From a virus: a DNA stretch of 64,000 nt. The notes beneath the pieces are model-generated. The model was given only the letters and a program-made list of their open reading frames with translations. It was not told the DNA's origin and made no database searches. Of the stretch, positions 9,713-18,604 are shown one piece after another. Position 1 is the first letter of the stretch. Every line of letters begins with the position of its first letter. Where the stretch lies: positions 1 to 64,000 of IMG/VR virus record IMGVR_UViG_3300037140_000126. The stretch is one strand, 5' to 3'. The position numbers and the translations under genes were made by a program.

Positions 9713-11947
9713 TCATGGCAGTCCGAACCAAAGCGCATTGCTTGCGCTTGATGGATAAGTCGGGATCACGTTCGCGTTGCCGCCAGCCCACGAACTGATT
9801 TGCACATTTGCTAAGGTTGGCGTGTAGATGTTCATTCCTGGGTATCCGCTGGTCAGATAGTTGTTGTAGTCTTCGACCTGTAGAATTAAAAAGCCATTCT
9901 GGAAGGCCGATAGAATCGGGAATCCATCACTGCCTGTAGTCACTTGCAACCGAAACTTATCTCCGATTTGAGAGGTGACCTGGGCGGCGGGGCCAATTAG
10001 ATGAGTTACGCCCGCGACGATTGTGGCTATTTGAAAGAACGTATCCGCCGTTCCCGTAGGCCCCGAGTTCGATATTATGTATTCGCTGTTAGCTCCCGTT
10101 TGCGTGCGGACAGCAGGACCGGCATACGATGCGGAGCCAAGCGTCGTAATGGTGATTTCTGAATACTGGTTAGCCGAAAAGGCAGCCCCTGTATAGGCCA
10201 TGGTGCTAGATGTGCTGGTTGCGGTGGCCTCAACGAGATTTCCAGAAACTATTTGCAGCTTTGTAGAGCCGGTTGGTGTCACCCAATTAGACGATAGATT
10301 TCCAGCGCCGCTAGTGAACGCATCAGCGGCGATCTGTGCTGCGGCATCTTCGTTAGTCGTCACAATCTGAGCAATAGAAGCCGGGCCGATAGCCAGCTCT
10401 ACCTGAGCGACTACTGGATTTACTGCATCCCCAACCCCTACATCCATTAAAAAATTCGCAACGCCCCCAATGTCCGTGATGTATGACGCAAACACTTGTC
10501 CGGTGGTGGCGTTCAATGACTCGAACATCTGCGTGTTGTGGACTGAGTGAGTAGGGTTGGTCCAGTTAATGAAGTCTGTGGTTTGATACCGTACAATTTC
10601 TGTCGGGTCCAAATCAGGGACGAGCGAGTTGCCTCTCCCCGGCTGGTTAGTCGCAGCCCACATATAGTACGTGCTGCCTACTGGCGTGACGCAAAACGGC
10701 AAAGTATTCGCGAGCACAGGGTTGCTTCCGGATTTCACCCAGTTGATGCCATCGGTAGAAGTCACGAGACCTGTGGAATACAACCCGGCCGTAGCGTTAG
10801 CGGCGCTGGTGCCTGCATACAGACCATACCAAGTTCCCGCTATAATTGCCGTAACCTGAATGCCGTACACGGAAGCGGCATCCCAAGTTCCGCTGGTGCC
10901 CAACCCGATGACTTGAGAAGGGCTTTGTAGCGTCCAAGTTATTCCGTCTGAACCGGGACTTCCTCCACCGAGCGCCCCCGTGAAAACAGCGATGTTGCCT
11001 GAACCAGATGCGCCATCCGCCTGAGCGTACAAATAGTAAGTGCTTCCGTTCTTAAAAACTGTAGCGTTCATGTATCCGGCAATGGCGGCAGACGAGGCAC
11101 GAGTCCATGTTTTCAAGTCTGTTGACTCTGCATAGTAGACACCGTTGCCGCTCGCCGGGCGACTGGTTAGCCACGCCTTATAGACGGTGCCAGATAAAAG
11201 CTGCGCGTTCCCTTCATGTAAAATACTGGTAGAAGTCTGAACCCCCTGCCCTGCGGGACTTCCACTCAAATCCGTTGCAATAGCCGGAATAACGACGCCT
11301 TGCTTCTGCCAGATGCCGTCTTGCTGAATGGCGGAATATCCCCGCCAGGAAAGAACCTGCGAATGAGATTCGCTTACATTGTTCGAGTTTTGCCGATATC
11401 CAGGGGATCCAGAGGAATAGGTGGAGTCGTAAAATACGAAAACGCGAGCGTTGTTTTGGTAAATGGTGATGCTCGATCCAGCCATAGAAAGCGCCCAAAC
11501 ATCTGCGGGCGCAAAAGTTAAGCCTGTAACTGTACTTCCCAACTGCACGATAGAAAGCCCTGGGTCTATCCGATACATTAGAATAGTGCCGTTGGTGATT
11601 TCGGCCAGATACCCGGTACCAGCTGCGTCAGTCCAGCGATCAATCAGTTGAAGATGAGTCCCAGGTTCACTGGTTAAATTCACAGAAACTTCTGAGATTT
11701 GATCTGACGGCCAAGTGAGCCCGCTCCAATACTGAGCGCCCCATGTGTTTAGAACTAATCCGCCCTCGGATACATTGGGGCTGCCAGACACCACTACAGA
11801 TTTGAGAGGGCCGAGGCTGCTAATCGCAGACCATCCTGCAGCCATGCTGCCGGAAGCGAAATTATCCGAAGCGAGAAGCTGGTTGTTTGCGGCGCGCAGC
11901 GGCAGCGCCAGCAGGAACAGAAACGCGAATAGAATTAGCCGTCTCAT
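9713..11947 (-). CDS. secreted beta-propeller glycoside hydrolase-like protein (GH32/43/130-type) flanked by duplicated lectin-like domains, C-terminus SNALWFGLP
   Basis: Signal peptide MRRLILFAFLFLLALPLRAA, YAESTDLKTWTR and TSTDGINWVK Asp-box-like blades, similar N- and C-terminal domains. Start at the ATGA overlap. Confidence 0.7.
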   Translation of the reverse strand: MRRLILFAFLFLLALPLRAANNQLLASDNFASGSMAAGWSAISSLGPLKSVVVSGSPNVSEGGLVLNTWGAQYWSGLTWPSDQISEVSVNLTSEPGTHLQLIDRWTDAAGTGYLAEITNGTILMYRIDPGLSIVQLGSTVTGLTFAPADVWALSMAGSSITIYQNNARVFVFYDSTYSSGSPGYRQNSNNVSESHSQVLSWRGYSAIQQDGIWQKQGVVIPAIATDLSGSPAGQGVQTSTSILHEGNAQLLSGTVYKAWLTSRPASGNGVYYAESTDLKTWTRASSAAIAGYMNATVFKNGSTYYLYAQADGASGSGNIAVFTGALGGGSPGSDGITWTLQSPSQVIGLGTSGTWDAASVYGIQVTAIIAGTWYGLYAGTSAANATAGLYSTGLVTSTDGINWVKSGSNPVLANTLPFCVTPVGSTYYMWAATNQPGRGNSLVPDLDPTEIVRYQTTDFINWTNPTHSVHNTQMFESLNATTGQVFASYITDIGGVANFLMDVGVGDAVNPVVAQVELAIGPASIAQIVTTNEDAAAQIAADAFTSGAGNLSSNWVTPTGSTKLQIVSGNLVEATATSTSSTMAYTGAAFSANQYSEITITTLGSASYAGPAVRTQTGANSEYIISNSGPTGTADTFFQIATIVAGVTHLIGPAAQVTSQIGDKFRLQVTTGSDGFPILSAFQNGFLILQVEDYNNYLTSGYPGMNIYTPTLANVQISSWAGGNANVIPTYPSSASNALWFGLP

Positions 11948-12534
11948 TGGAAGTTCTGACTCGCTACGCAGTAAGTGTTCGTGCCATCGAGATAGCAACT
12001 AATGAAATCAACCGCTCCGGTCGTGGCCGTGATTACGGGGACGGTGCCACCAGGCCATTTGCCGCCAGAGATCAGACCGTTATAGCTCACGCTCGCGGAC
12101 TGAATGATCTTGAGTTGAAGTTTGAACGTACCTGAACTTGGTTGCGTGAAGGTTAGTGCACATGTATCACCAGCCGTAAGAGTGATCTTCTGCACGTTCC
12201 CGTTGGCGGGAGCGATGGTGGCTGCGGTCGTGCAGGTGCCGTTTGAGTATTCGGTGTTCGTGACCAGCATTGGAAAGGGAGAGGCGGGATTGAAACCGGT
12301 AACTGCCCATACAGAGCCGTTTGATTTACAGTGGACCAGATTTGTTCCACCGCCAATTGTGCAGTCGGTCGCACTCAAACCATCGAGAACGATAATAACC
12401 TTGCCACTCGCAAGGCTAGCAGCTGGCAGGCCACTCACAGTCGTTTGTGCCGTAAACGTAAGCGTCTGCGCGAATGAATTTGTTGTAATACAAAACAACA
12501 ACATCAGCATCAAACTGAGTAGAAACGTTCTCAC
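11944..12534 (-). CDS. signal-peptide protein with phage tail-fibre-type domains (adaptor 2)
   Basis: Paralog of 3133..3738 (EYSNGTCTTAATIAPANGN...TLTAGDTCALTFTQPS identical apart from the gap) and of 1..305. Confidence 0.7.
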   Translation of the reverse strand: MRTFLLSLMLMLLFCITTNSFAQTLTFTAQTTVSGLPAASLASGKVIIVLDGLSATDCTIGGGTNLVHCKSNGSVWAVTGFNPASPFPMLVTNTEYSNGTCTTAATIAPANGNVQKITLTAGDTCALTFTQPSSGTFKLQLKIIQSASVSYNGLISGGKWPGGTVPVITATTGAVDFISCYLDGTNTYCVASQNFQ

Positions 12535-13328
12535 TTAACCTCCACGGCGGACTGTAACGCAAGCGCGTCATGTATAAACGCAGTCGCCTGCCCTGCCGCA
12601 TTCATTGGATCAATCGAAGCAAGAGGAAATTCTTTGCCATACGGGCAACCGAATATTTTACCGAAACGCCCCTGTGCCCTGCGGTTCGGATGCGGTTCAT
12701 ACGTGATCGTCTGTACACCAAGGCCCATAGCAATCACCCAACACGCCGAGCGGCAACCAAAGTAAACAACCGCTTGCTTGATAACAGCAGCGGCGAACGA
12801 GAATGGTAAATCTGTTACGTCCTCCAGATTTACAGCTTCACCAAGACTCAGTGCCATATACCCCAAGAATTTACTCTTTTCCTCCGCATACAGTTCGTTG
12901 AATCCATAAGCAACGACAGGCCGCTCATCGAAGCGTATTTCCACGTCGTCCATTTTCAGGAACGGGACAACCGGCTGTTGCAGTACAAGCTCCTGCTGAT
13001 AAGCAATGAAATCGGCAAGTGGGAGTGCAACAGCACCAATCCCAGGGTGGGCTTTGTAAGTAAGATTATAAACATGCTCATAGCCGTATATCTCAACAGG
13101 CGCTTCCCACGGTTGATCGCCATGCGGGCTGCCCCAGCATATCCACTCTGGAATGACAAACGCCTTGTCGATATAGTCTTGAGCTTCTAGCAGCGGTAGC
13201 AGACTTTCATACTGCGGCATCACAGCGAAATCCACAGACCCATGGCGCTTGCTGAGTTCACGCACGGTGGGCAACGACCAAAGTATGTCGCCAATCTTCC
13301 CCGAAAATGTGGCTAATACGTTGCTCAT
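12531..13328 (-). CDS. glycosyltransferase family 9-like
   Basis: GKIGDILWSLPTVREL, LLEAQDYIDK, AAAVIKQAVVYFGCRSACWVIAMGLGV. Confidence 0.75.
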   Translation of the reverse strand: MSNVLATFSGKIGDILWSLPTVRELSKRHGSVDFAVMPQYESLLPLLEAQDYIDKAFVIPEWICWGSPHGDQPWEAPVEIYGYEHVYNLTYKAHPGIGAVALPLADFIAYQQELVLQQPVVPFLKMDDVEIRFDERPVVAYGFNELYAEEKSKFLGYMALSLGEAVNLEDVTDLPFSFAAAVIKQAVVYFGCRSACWVIAMGLGVQTITYEPHPNRRAQGRFGKIFGCPYGKEFPLASIDPMNAAGQATAFIHDALALQSAVEVK

Positions 13329-13753
13329 GCGCTGACCGCCATCGGCAGTTTGTAAAACCTGATTCTATCGAACTGTACTGTAAAAACCAGTTCGGCCGTC
13401 CATGAGGGCGGGTCAATCGAAACATCATAATAGCTACTCGCCCCGTCTGTCAGGTCACGGTCTGTTCCAGCCAACACAGCAGTAGCGATATGCAACACTG
13501 CGAGCCACTGCACGTTTTCATCCTCAGGCCAGCGTGATTCGTTCGGGTCGCCATGATCGAAACAGGAAAATTGCCAAGGTTTCAAAACCACAGTTTGGAC
13601 AGACACACCCCACCATCTTGGAAGCTTTACACGGTTATTGACAACATGCGCCACGCCAGCCATTGCGGCAACACTTTGATCGTCCGCTTCCCGCCATGTA
13701 CATAGTGCGAGCAATTCTTGGTCTGACAACTCGGAATAGGGTTGTGCAATCAT
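13325..13753 (-). CDS. endolysin, SleB/Hydrolase_2 cell wall hydrolase
   Basis: LALCTWREA, VAHVVNNRV, VVLKPWQFSCF, DLTDGASSYY, RIRFY. Confidence 0.88.
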   Translation of the reverse strand: MIAQPYSELSDQELLALCTWREADDQSVAAMAGVAHVVNNRVKLPRWWGVSVQTVVLKPWQFSCFDHGDPNESRWPEDENVQWLAVLHIATAVLAGTDRDLTDGASSYYDVSIDPPSWTAELVFTVQFDRIRFYKLPMAVSA

Positions 13754-14161
13754 TCAGGTATTATCTTTATTCCTCTCACTATCGGAACCTTCTTTTGCGC
13801 CTTCTAACCGAGCAGTCCGCTGCCTGCTTTCCGACAGTTCCGTTGTTCTAGTCACCAGCTTTTCATCCTTCCCACTGAGAATACCATCCACCTTAGCAGC
13901 AGTATCTGTGCCGATTGTATGAAGCACATTGAACTGCCGTGTTGCTTCTTCACGGTCCAGCGCCCTTTCGCGTCTGCTCTCTTTTTTGTCTGAAATCCTA
14001 AAAAAGATAAGGCCGATTCCAGTGATCGCCCCAGGTATCATCGCAATGAGAGCGACCTTCTCGGTCGGGTCCATCACATACAGAAGAGCCGCACCCAATC
14101 CAAATATCCAGGTCGCTGTTTTCAGCGCTGCATAGTGATGCAGTGTCATGAAAGCCTTCAT
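13754..14161 (-). CDS. membrane protein, holin/antiholin candidate
   Basis: Two hydrophobic segments then a charged coiled-coil tail, immediately upstream of the endolysin. Confidence 0.55.
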   Translation of the reverse strand: MKAFMTLHHYAALKTATWIFGLGAALLYVMDPTEKVALIAMIPGAITGIGLIFFRISDKKESRRERALDREEATRQFNVLHTIGTDTAAKVDGILSGKDEKLVTRTTELSESRQRTARLEGAKEGSDSERNKDNT

Positions 14162-14165
14162 ATTT

Positions 14166-14582
14166 TCAGTACGACCGAACTTCTGGCGTAACGATTTTCC
14201 CTTCTGCCGTTACCTGCGCCGGAAGAGTAGGCCCTGACGCATGCGAAGATGTTGTCATCCCCAGGCGATTGTAAATCACCTGAAACCAGCTCTCCTGCAT
14301 GACGTACTGCCCTAAAACGTGCCACATTGTCACGACAAGCACGGCGGCTGATGGAATAGCCAAATCCAAATGCCGATAACCGTTTGCATCGAATTTAGGA
14401 TCCCAAACATAACCAATTCCGCCATGAATCAGAAAGGCCCCAGCAACACTGATGATCCGCTTGAAGACTATCTGACCTTTCTGAATGAGTACGGGAAACC
14501 AGGGTGCGTTCTTCAACTGCTGGAAACCCCACACAAACATGGCTGTTGAACTAAATTGTGTTACGACCAGATTAGCGTCCAT
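14166..14582 (-). CDS. membrane protein, holin candidate
   Basis: Two to three hydrophobic segments, next to the endolysin. Confidence 0.55.
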   Translation of the reverse strand: MDANLVVTQFSSTAMFVWGFQQLKNAPWFPVLIQKGQIVFKRIISVAGAFLIHGGIGYVWDPKFDANGYRHLDLAIPSAAVLVVTMWHVLGQYVMQESWFQVIYNRLGMTTSSHASGPTLPAQVTAEGKIVTPEVRSY

Positions 14583-14594
14583 AAATCCCCTTGA

Positions 14595-14831
14595 TTACGT
14601 TGTAGTGCTGCCTGCACCGCCGAGCCATCTACCCACCCGTTTCCAGAAACCAGATTTTTCGGTCTCGGTAACATAAGGCGCAGGTGGCTCATAGGGCGAG
14701 TGCTCAATCTCCAACGGTGACAGCTCAACCTCAACAGGCTCGTAGCGTACTTTTGCCCGGTGATGCTTCAGGGGCACGGCTTCCCTTGCAACTTTTATTT
14801 TTGCTTTCTTGTGAGATTTACGTTTCACCAC
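14595..14831 (-). CDS. hypothetical basic protein
   Basis: Lys-rich N-terminus and C-terminal amphipathic FWKRVGRWLGG. Confidence 0.55.
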   Translation of the reverse strand: MVKRKSHKKAKIKVAREAVPLKHHRAKVRYEPVEVELSPLEIEHSPYEPPAPYVTETEKSGFWKRVGRWLGGAGSTTT

Positions 14832-14842
14832 AATCCCTCCTG

Positions 14843-15700
14843 TTACTCGTCACGCTGTCGCACTGTTTCTGCTTCTAGCTCTTCCGCCAATTTCACATCA
14901 ACAACTTTAGGCATCCCCAACTTAAAAATTCTATTTTTCTCAACAATCGCCCCGCTTAATAAGTGTGTCGCACGGCTGATGTCAGGTGCATCGGGCAACC
15001 CGGCAGCCGTAAGCACACCCGCAAGGGCTGCTTTCGCGGAGCTATTTCCTGCCGCCATAATTAAGCGGCAGAGATCGTTCACGCCGTCATTGCTGATTCC
15101 ATGACACGCAAGATACTGCTGCAACATCTTAATTTCGGCATCCATAATCTCGCGCTTCAATTTGAAGAAGAAATTTGCACGCTGCTGCTGCTTCATCGGA
15201 TTGATGCCTGCTATCAAAGGCTCGTTTCCAAACGCGGTATCAACAGAACGGCTGTATGTGTGCCACTCGGCAATCATATCAAGCAAAAGAGTCGCAGAGC
15301 TGCGTCCTGCCTCTAGTGAGTCCAGCCGCGTAGCGATGGACTGCTTCATGCTCTCAAGTGATTTGTCATCGTAGAAATAGGCTTGCGCACGGATTTGCTG
15401 CCAATCACCGAGATATGGCATTTCTAACTTTGGCGTCTTTGCAAACCTACCATCTTCTGCAAAGGCTTTTAGCTCAACAGGTTTCGGACCAATCGCTTTA
15501 TAGATCAAACGTAATTGCCTAGTATCTTTCGCCTTCGCTTGAGCAAACTCCCAAGAAGTTAAATACAGCAAGCGGCCGTCTTCCCGCCTGTCGGCGGCAA
15601 ACTCCTGCCACCATGCTTTCCACGGGCAGGAGTTAAAAAACTTCAGCGCATGTGCCTGTGCTTGGCGATGAAGTTTGACGGGTTTATATTTATTTACCAT
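14843..15700 (-). CDS. hypothetical helical protein (terminase small subunit cannot be confirmed)
   Basis: Long ORF. Start MVNKYKP overlaps the upstream stop. No diagnostic motif. Confidence 0.65.
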   Translation of the reverse strand: MVNKYKPVKLHRQAQAHALKFFNSCPWKAWWQEFAADRREDGRLLYLTSWEFAQAKAKDTRQLRLIYKAIGPKPVELKAFAEDGRFAKTPKLEMPYLGDWQQIRAQAYFYDDKSLESMKQSIATRLDSLEAGRSSATLLLDMIAEWHTYSRSVDTAFGNEPLIAGINPMKQQQRANFFFKLKREIMDAEIKMLQQYLACHGISNDGVNDLCRLIMAAGNSSAKAALAGVLTAAGLPDAPDISRATHLLSGAIVEKNRIFKLGMPKVVDVKLAEELEAETVRQRDE

Positions 15701-15899
15701 TCGTTGCTCGTGCTTGTTTCCTCTGTACGTAACGATTGATATGTCGGAAATAAGCATGACCGTACTTCGCAAGCGTAGCGCTGCCGCCTTGCCTACCAAT
15801 TTCTTCCATGCGATCTTGTGTCAGATTGCGAGCACGCGCTTTACCGCCGAGCGAACCAATACGCTTTCGATCCGCGAGCGTATGACAAGAATGTCCCAT
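15690..15899 (-). CDS. KGG-repeat (stress-induced-type) small protein
   Basis: IGSLGGKARA and EEIGRQGGSAT repeats. Confidence 0.65.
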   Translation of the reverse strand: MGHSCHTLADRKRIGSLGGKARARNLTQDRMEEIGRQGGSATLAKYGHAYFRHINRYVQRKQARATNGK

Positions 15900-15904
15900 A
15901 GAAC

Positions 15905-16090
15905 TTATTCTTTACCGCCCGTCGGTACGGGCTTGCGGACTGTGTTCTTGTCGTTTGAAAGCGCTTCGGCGGGAGTTTTATTGCCATGCTGATTCCATGA
16001 GTCCCAAGCAATGTCGTTGCCACGCTGGATGTTCTTGCTTGGAGAAGTACCTTTTGGCGGGCTTACTGGTTGCGCAGGTGTCTTTGCCAT
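15905..16090 (-). CDS. hypothetical protein (61 aa)
   Basis: GGAGG 8 nt upstream of ATG. Confidence 0.6.
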   Translation of the reverse strand: MAKTPAQPVSPPKGTSPSKNIQRGNDIAWDSWNQHGNKTPAEALSNDKNTVRKPVPTGGKE

Positions 16091-16097
16091 GTGCGTC

Positions 16098-16144
16098 GGC
16101 CTCCGTGAGTTTATGTTTCTAGTACCATATTCCTCACGGGGGCC
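16098..16144 (-). promoter_or_regulatory. leader hairpin covering the SD of the 61-aa gene
   Basis: Minus strand GGCC-C-CCGTGAG...CTCACGG-A-GGCC with inner TATG/CATA. GGAGG lies in the 3' arm. Confidence 0.5.
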
Positions 16145-16218
16145 AACTTCACAACATCATTGTACTCTTGCACTAATTTATAAACTTTATCGCCATAAGT
16201 GTCAACAAGAAAAGCTTC

Positions 16219-17478
16219 TCACAGGGCCGTCCTCGCTGTTACAGCTACACTATCAGCAAGCTTGTAGGTTTCAAATGCATTCGGCCCATCAAATTCTAAA
16301 AGAACAAATCCATGTGGGCTATACTTCTGCGGGTCTTCTGTAATCCAGGGATTAGGACCATCAAGAACTTTTGCTGCTGGAACTTCAAGCGCTTGCTGTT
16401 TGAGATTCACGAATTCGTAGGAAGCACTGGGAGAAGTATCGAGCTTGTCTCTGAAATTAGGAAATCCTCCATTACCTATACAGCGACCTTTGAAACCCCA
16501 TCGTGAATGCGGCTCGTATAACACTAACCTGTGCTCGTGTCCCCAAAACCATGCATGAATCCGCTGTGTGTTCAAAAGATTCGACAGGGCCTTCTGTAGT
16601 TTCGGCCCCTGCGATTCAAAATATGAAAATGGCTGGTAGTGTGAAAACAAAATCAGCTTGCGTGTTCCTGCCGCTTGAACAATGGATGTAAGCCATGCCA
16701 CCTGACTTCCAAATAAATCAGCGTCCTTGTACGCCGTATCAAGGCACACAAGAATCCAGTTTGCGTTCTGCATTGCAAAGCAGCTTGCCGACTGCTTGAA
16801 GAATGTTTCAAGAGCGTCAAAATAACCTTGCCCTCCGGAATACATATCGTGATTACCATTTAACGTACGATTGACTGTCCCTGCACGCTTCGGCCAATCG
16901 GCAATCAACCGAGTAGCAATTTCATCAGGTGCACCAGAATAATAAGTGTCACCTAAATGTAAAGATACATCGCAGCGTGGAAGCGCTTCAATCGAACGGG
17001 AAATTACAGGTGCACCGTACAGTCCTGTCCCCCAATCTGCGAATAGAGCAACAACAGCCTGGTCGCTAATTATTTCTGGGGCAGGAGAAGGGAATACCCA
17101 CGGATGTAGGTCAGGTCTGAAAAGCCGCCGCCACTCTAACTTGATCCAGCCTGCTAGATCGTGTGAGTCGAATTGGACTTCATATCTGCCTGGCGTTGAA
17201 ACTTCATTTGCATGTAACGAGAGTATAGACTGCAAACGTGCCGCTATAGCATTTCGTGGTGATGACATCACATTAGGATTCAGGTCATCTTTACGCAGTG
17301 CATCGAGGGCTTCATTCCAATCTCTCAAGAGGCCCGCACTTATCGTTGCTAGGTCATACAGGTCTGCCGACGCACTAGCGGCCGCATTGTCCGTGGCATC
17401 ATAGACAGCCTGCTTGAATTCTTCGGGATTCGTCTCGAAAGCTTCTTGAATGGCTGCGTATTTAACTAACTTTGGCAT
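16219..17478 (-). CDS. calcineurin-like metallophosphoesterase
   Basis: FADWG, LGDTYY, LNGNHD, FSHYQ and WGHEH metal-binding motifs. Confidence 0.9.
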   Translation of the reverse strand: MPKLVKYAAIQEAFETNPEEFKQAVYDATDNAAASASADLYDLATISAGLLRDWNEALDALRKDDLNPNVMSSPRNAIAARLQSILSLHANEVSTPGRYEVQFDSHDLAGWIKLEWRRLFRPDLHPWVFPSPAPEIISDQAVVALFADWGTGLYGAPVISRSIEALPRCDVSLHLGDTYYSGAPDEIATRLIADWPKRAGTVNRTLNGNHDMYSGGQGYFDALETFFKQSASCFAMQNANWILVCLDTAYKDADLFGSQVAWLTSIVQAAGTRKLILFSHYQPFSYFESQGPKLQKALSNLLNTQRIHAWFWGHEHRLVLYEPHSRWGFKGRCIGNGGFPNFRDKLDTSPSASYEFVNLKQQALEVPAAKVLDGPNPWITEDPQKYSPHGFVLLEFDGPNAFETYKLADSVAVTARTAL

Positions 17479-17657
17479 AAACCCTCAACGCTGCATTGGT
17501 TTTAAGTCTTACCTACTTTATCAATAATTTCCCGCACGTCCCGCCCAAGTAACGACACGCTATTACAATAGAAGCCCAATCATAATTTTGTACTCGCACT
17601 AAGTTGTTTTTATGGTTTTTTAATCTTCCACACTCAACAGTTCCAGTATCCCCAGCA

Positions 17658-17771
17658 TCACCGTACCTCCCTTATAATCACCCACACAACTCTCCATCCA
17701 AGCGCGATCACGCTGGCGCACACGACCGCAACGATTGCGATCATCCCGACAGCAGTCCAGTTGATTCGCAT
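17658..17771 (-). CDS. 37-aa membrane peptide (not in ORF track)
   Basis: Hand translation MRINWTAVGMIAIVAVVCASVIALGWRVVWVIIREVR, GAGGA upstream. Confidence 0.45.
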   Translation of the reverse strand: MRINWTAVGMIAIVAVVCASVIALGWRVVWVIIREVR

Positions 17772-17936
17772 GTCGTCCTCATTTCATTCCATCCGTAACA
17801 GGGTCGTGGTGCTAGTCGGGACCCTCGGGTAGTGTGCAACCAGCACCACGTTTCCCCTGCTTATGCCGAGTTAGAGCCATCCTCGATCCGACGATGCCTC
17901 ACTGTCGGCAATTTCAATCTCGCTTCGGTTCCGGCT

Positions 17937-18254
17937 TCACCGTGCCCGGCTCCCGTGTCGGACGATGTATTCATACCATCCCCAAAGTCCCCGCACTTCC
18001 TCGGCCATTTCCCCCATAACATCGTGCCGGCTTCGTACTTCCTCGCAGACGGTGCAGCGCATTTGAAGCTCGTCTCCCTCGTCTGGCTGAACTAATGCCG
18101 TCTTGCTAGTATCGACCATAGATAGACACGCCTTCGGATGCCCACACGCCATGACTTCTCGCTGCGATGCTGTTCCGGCATCATATCCATCGGGAACAGT
18201 AGTTTTAATCCCTTTGCGGGATTCATACCACTTCTCCGCAGCTTCACTCGCCAT
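17937..18254 (-). CDS. hypothetical Cys-rich protein, tandem paralog B
   Basis: MASEAAEKWYE...DAGTASQREVMACGHPKACL...CTVCEEVR, GGGAGG SD. Confidence 0.6.
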   Translation of the reverse strand: MASEAAEKWYESRKGIKTTVPDGYDAGTASQREVMACGHPKACLSMVDTSKTALVQPDEGDELQMRCTVCEEVRSRHDVMGEMAEEVRGLWGWYEYIVRHGSRAR

Positions 18255-18604
18255 TGTCGCCTCCCTTCGGCATTGACCATATCCTCGAAAAGTTTATACC
18301 GCTTCAATTCGTTCACCCGCCCAATAATACCTTCCCGCACGCAACTGGCGCACTTCCTCGCAGGCGGTGCAAATCACCTTACAGTCATGTGGCAACTTCC
18401 CATTTGACTCCTGAAACTGACAGCAATGATGGCAGTCGTGATCGAGACACGCCTTCGGATGCCCACACGCCATGACTTCTCGCTGCGATGCTGTTCCGGC
18501 GTCGAAGCCCTGCAATATCTCGTCTCGGTTATTCAGAACTGTGGGACCAAATTGCTCCTCGTACCACTTCTCCGCAGCTTCACTCGCCATTGTCACCTCC
18601 CTTC
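18124..18604. repeat. direct repeats: 56 nt exact (18124-18179 / 18445-18500) and 43 nt with 1 mismatch (18226-18268 / 18562-18604)
   Basis: Read directly from the sequence. Confidence 0.9.
18294..18590 (-). CDS. hypothetical Cys-rich protein, tandem paralog A
   Basis: Same three conserved blocks as 17937..18254, same SD context. Confidence 0.6.
   Translation of the reverse strand: MASEAAEKWYEEQFGPTVLNNRDEILQGFDAGTASQREVMACGHPKACLDHDCHHCCQFQESNGKLPHDCKVICTACEEVRQLRAGRYYWAGERIEAV

Noticed and set aside
14843-15700. Terminase small subunit call
   Set aside because: Position is suggestive, but there is no HTH or family motif and no adjacent large subunit in the window.
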